From the NCBI GenBank assembly GCA_041489155.1, contig JBGPQP010000001.1, positions 32,001 to 96,000 of the forward strand: DNA of 64,000 nucleotides. Direction: 5' to 3'. How positions within the stretch are numbered: the stretch's first letter is position 1; each line of letters begins with the position of its first letter. Of the stretch, positions 63,322-64,000 are shown one piece after another. The notes beneath the pieces were generated by a model. The model was not told the DNA's origin. It did no database searches and saw nothing but the letters and a program-made list of their open reading frames with translations. This DNA is from Candidatus Aenigmatarchaeota archaeon. GTDB taxonomy: Archaea > Aenigmatarchaeota > Aenigmatarchaeia > QMZP01 > QMZT01. A program made the position numbers and the translations under genes.

Positions 63322-64000
63322 ATGGCCAAGCTTATGAACAAAAAAGACATAATCGATTTGTTTCTTAAAAACGGCGTCATGCTCGCGCCGGATGAACTGG
63401 AAAACATCAGCGAGCAGAACTACATGCAGGTGCTCGAGAAAAAGCTTGGCGAGACGAATGACGAGATATTGATCGCCAAACAGAGCAGCGGTAAAATTTC
63501 ATGCGGCGATTTCATAAAATTATGCAACAGGAAATTCGAGTTCCTCAGGGAGATCCTGCTTAAAAAAACAGACGCCGTGTCGATAAACAAGGGAAGGAAG
63601 GTTTTTGCCGAGGCGACAATCATAGGAAGGGTGAAGGAAAGGAACGCAAACGGATTCGTGCTCGAAGATGTAACGGGAGAGACAGAAGTAGTGAGTGAAA
63701 ACAACGACATAAAAACAGGCGATATTGTCGGTTTGCGCGGCTTTTTCAAGGAGAATCGTTTTTTCCCGAACCAAATCATATGGCCCGACATCCCGCTCGA
63801 GAATAATCCAAGGCCACCCGGCATAAAAATCACGCTCACAACTAGGGCAAAAGACAGCATGGCCGGCCTGATAGTATGCTCTTCCGGCGGCAAGGCTAGC
63901 AACATGATATCCGGGTTCGGAAGGCTCGGATCCATAAAAATAAAAAAGCATGGCAGCGAAATTCATCTGCTCGCCTTTTCGCCTGAAAAGGAGATGAGCG
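63322..64000 (+). CDS. DNA polymerase D small subunit (DP1)-like protein, apparently nuclease-inactive; truncated by the window end
   Basis: Not in the ORF track. Manual translation gives DFIKLCNRKFEFLREIL, IIGRVKE, LEDVTG, DIVGLRG, IIWPDIP (DP1 OB-fold region); lies directly after cdc6. Confidence 0.75.
   Translation, partial: MAKLMNKKDIIDLFLKNGVMLAPDELENISEQNYMQVLEKKLGETNDEILIAKQSSGKISCGDFIKLCNRKFEFLREILLKKTDAVSINKGRKVFAEATIIGRVKERNANGFVLEDVTGETEVVSENNDIKTGDIVGLRGFFKENRFFPNQIIWPDIPLENNPRPPGIKITLTTRAKDSMAGLIVCSSGGKASNMISGFGRLGSIKIKKHGSEIHLLAFSPEKEMS

Noticed and set aside
1..64000. CRISPR arrays, IS elements, rRNA genes, defence islands; the many long antisense ORFs in the track
   Set aside because: No regularly spaced repeats, transposase motifs or rRNA-like sequence were seen by eye; the antisense ORFs mirror well-supported genes.

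Overview
Archaeal chromosomal segment, gene-dense and mostly housekeeping. It probably comes from a DPANN lineage (Aenigmarchaeota-like), which is inferred from tRNA-Ile(UAU), a non-canonical tRNA intron, dispersed type IV pilus genes and a fermentative enzyme set. Replication and repair genes include DNA ligase (partial), RPA-RadA, DnaG, EndoQ, and an ORB-containing replication origin next to orc1/cdc6 followed by a degenerate DP1-like gene. Translation and RNA genes include the Pus10/eL21/Rpo4/DUF655 cluster, eS17, eS26, uL1-uL10-P1-AlaRS, GlyRS, PheRS, the CCA enzyme, archease/RtcB, SRP RNA and two intron-containing tRNAs (Arg-CCU, Ile-UAU). Also present are two VirB11-like pilus ATPases, two TadC-like platforms, several pilins, MinD, PPDK, the thermosome, four tandem lipoprotein paralogues, and an AcdA / putative arginine synthetase / aminotransferase cluster. 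The top finding is a 32-nt insertion in the helix-8 tetraloop of the SRP RNA. It folds as a bulge-helix-bulge motif, and standard cleavage would exactly restore the canonical GUC-GGAA-GAC hairpin, making it a candidate tRNA-endonuclease-spliced intron in SRP RNA. No CRISPR array, transposase or rRNA was seen. All calls are from motif recognition by eye, with no database searches.
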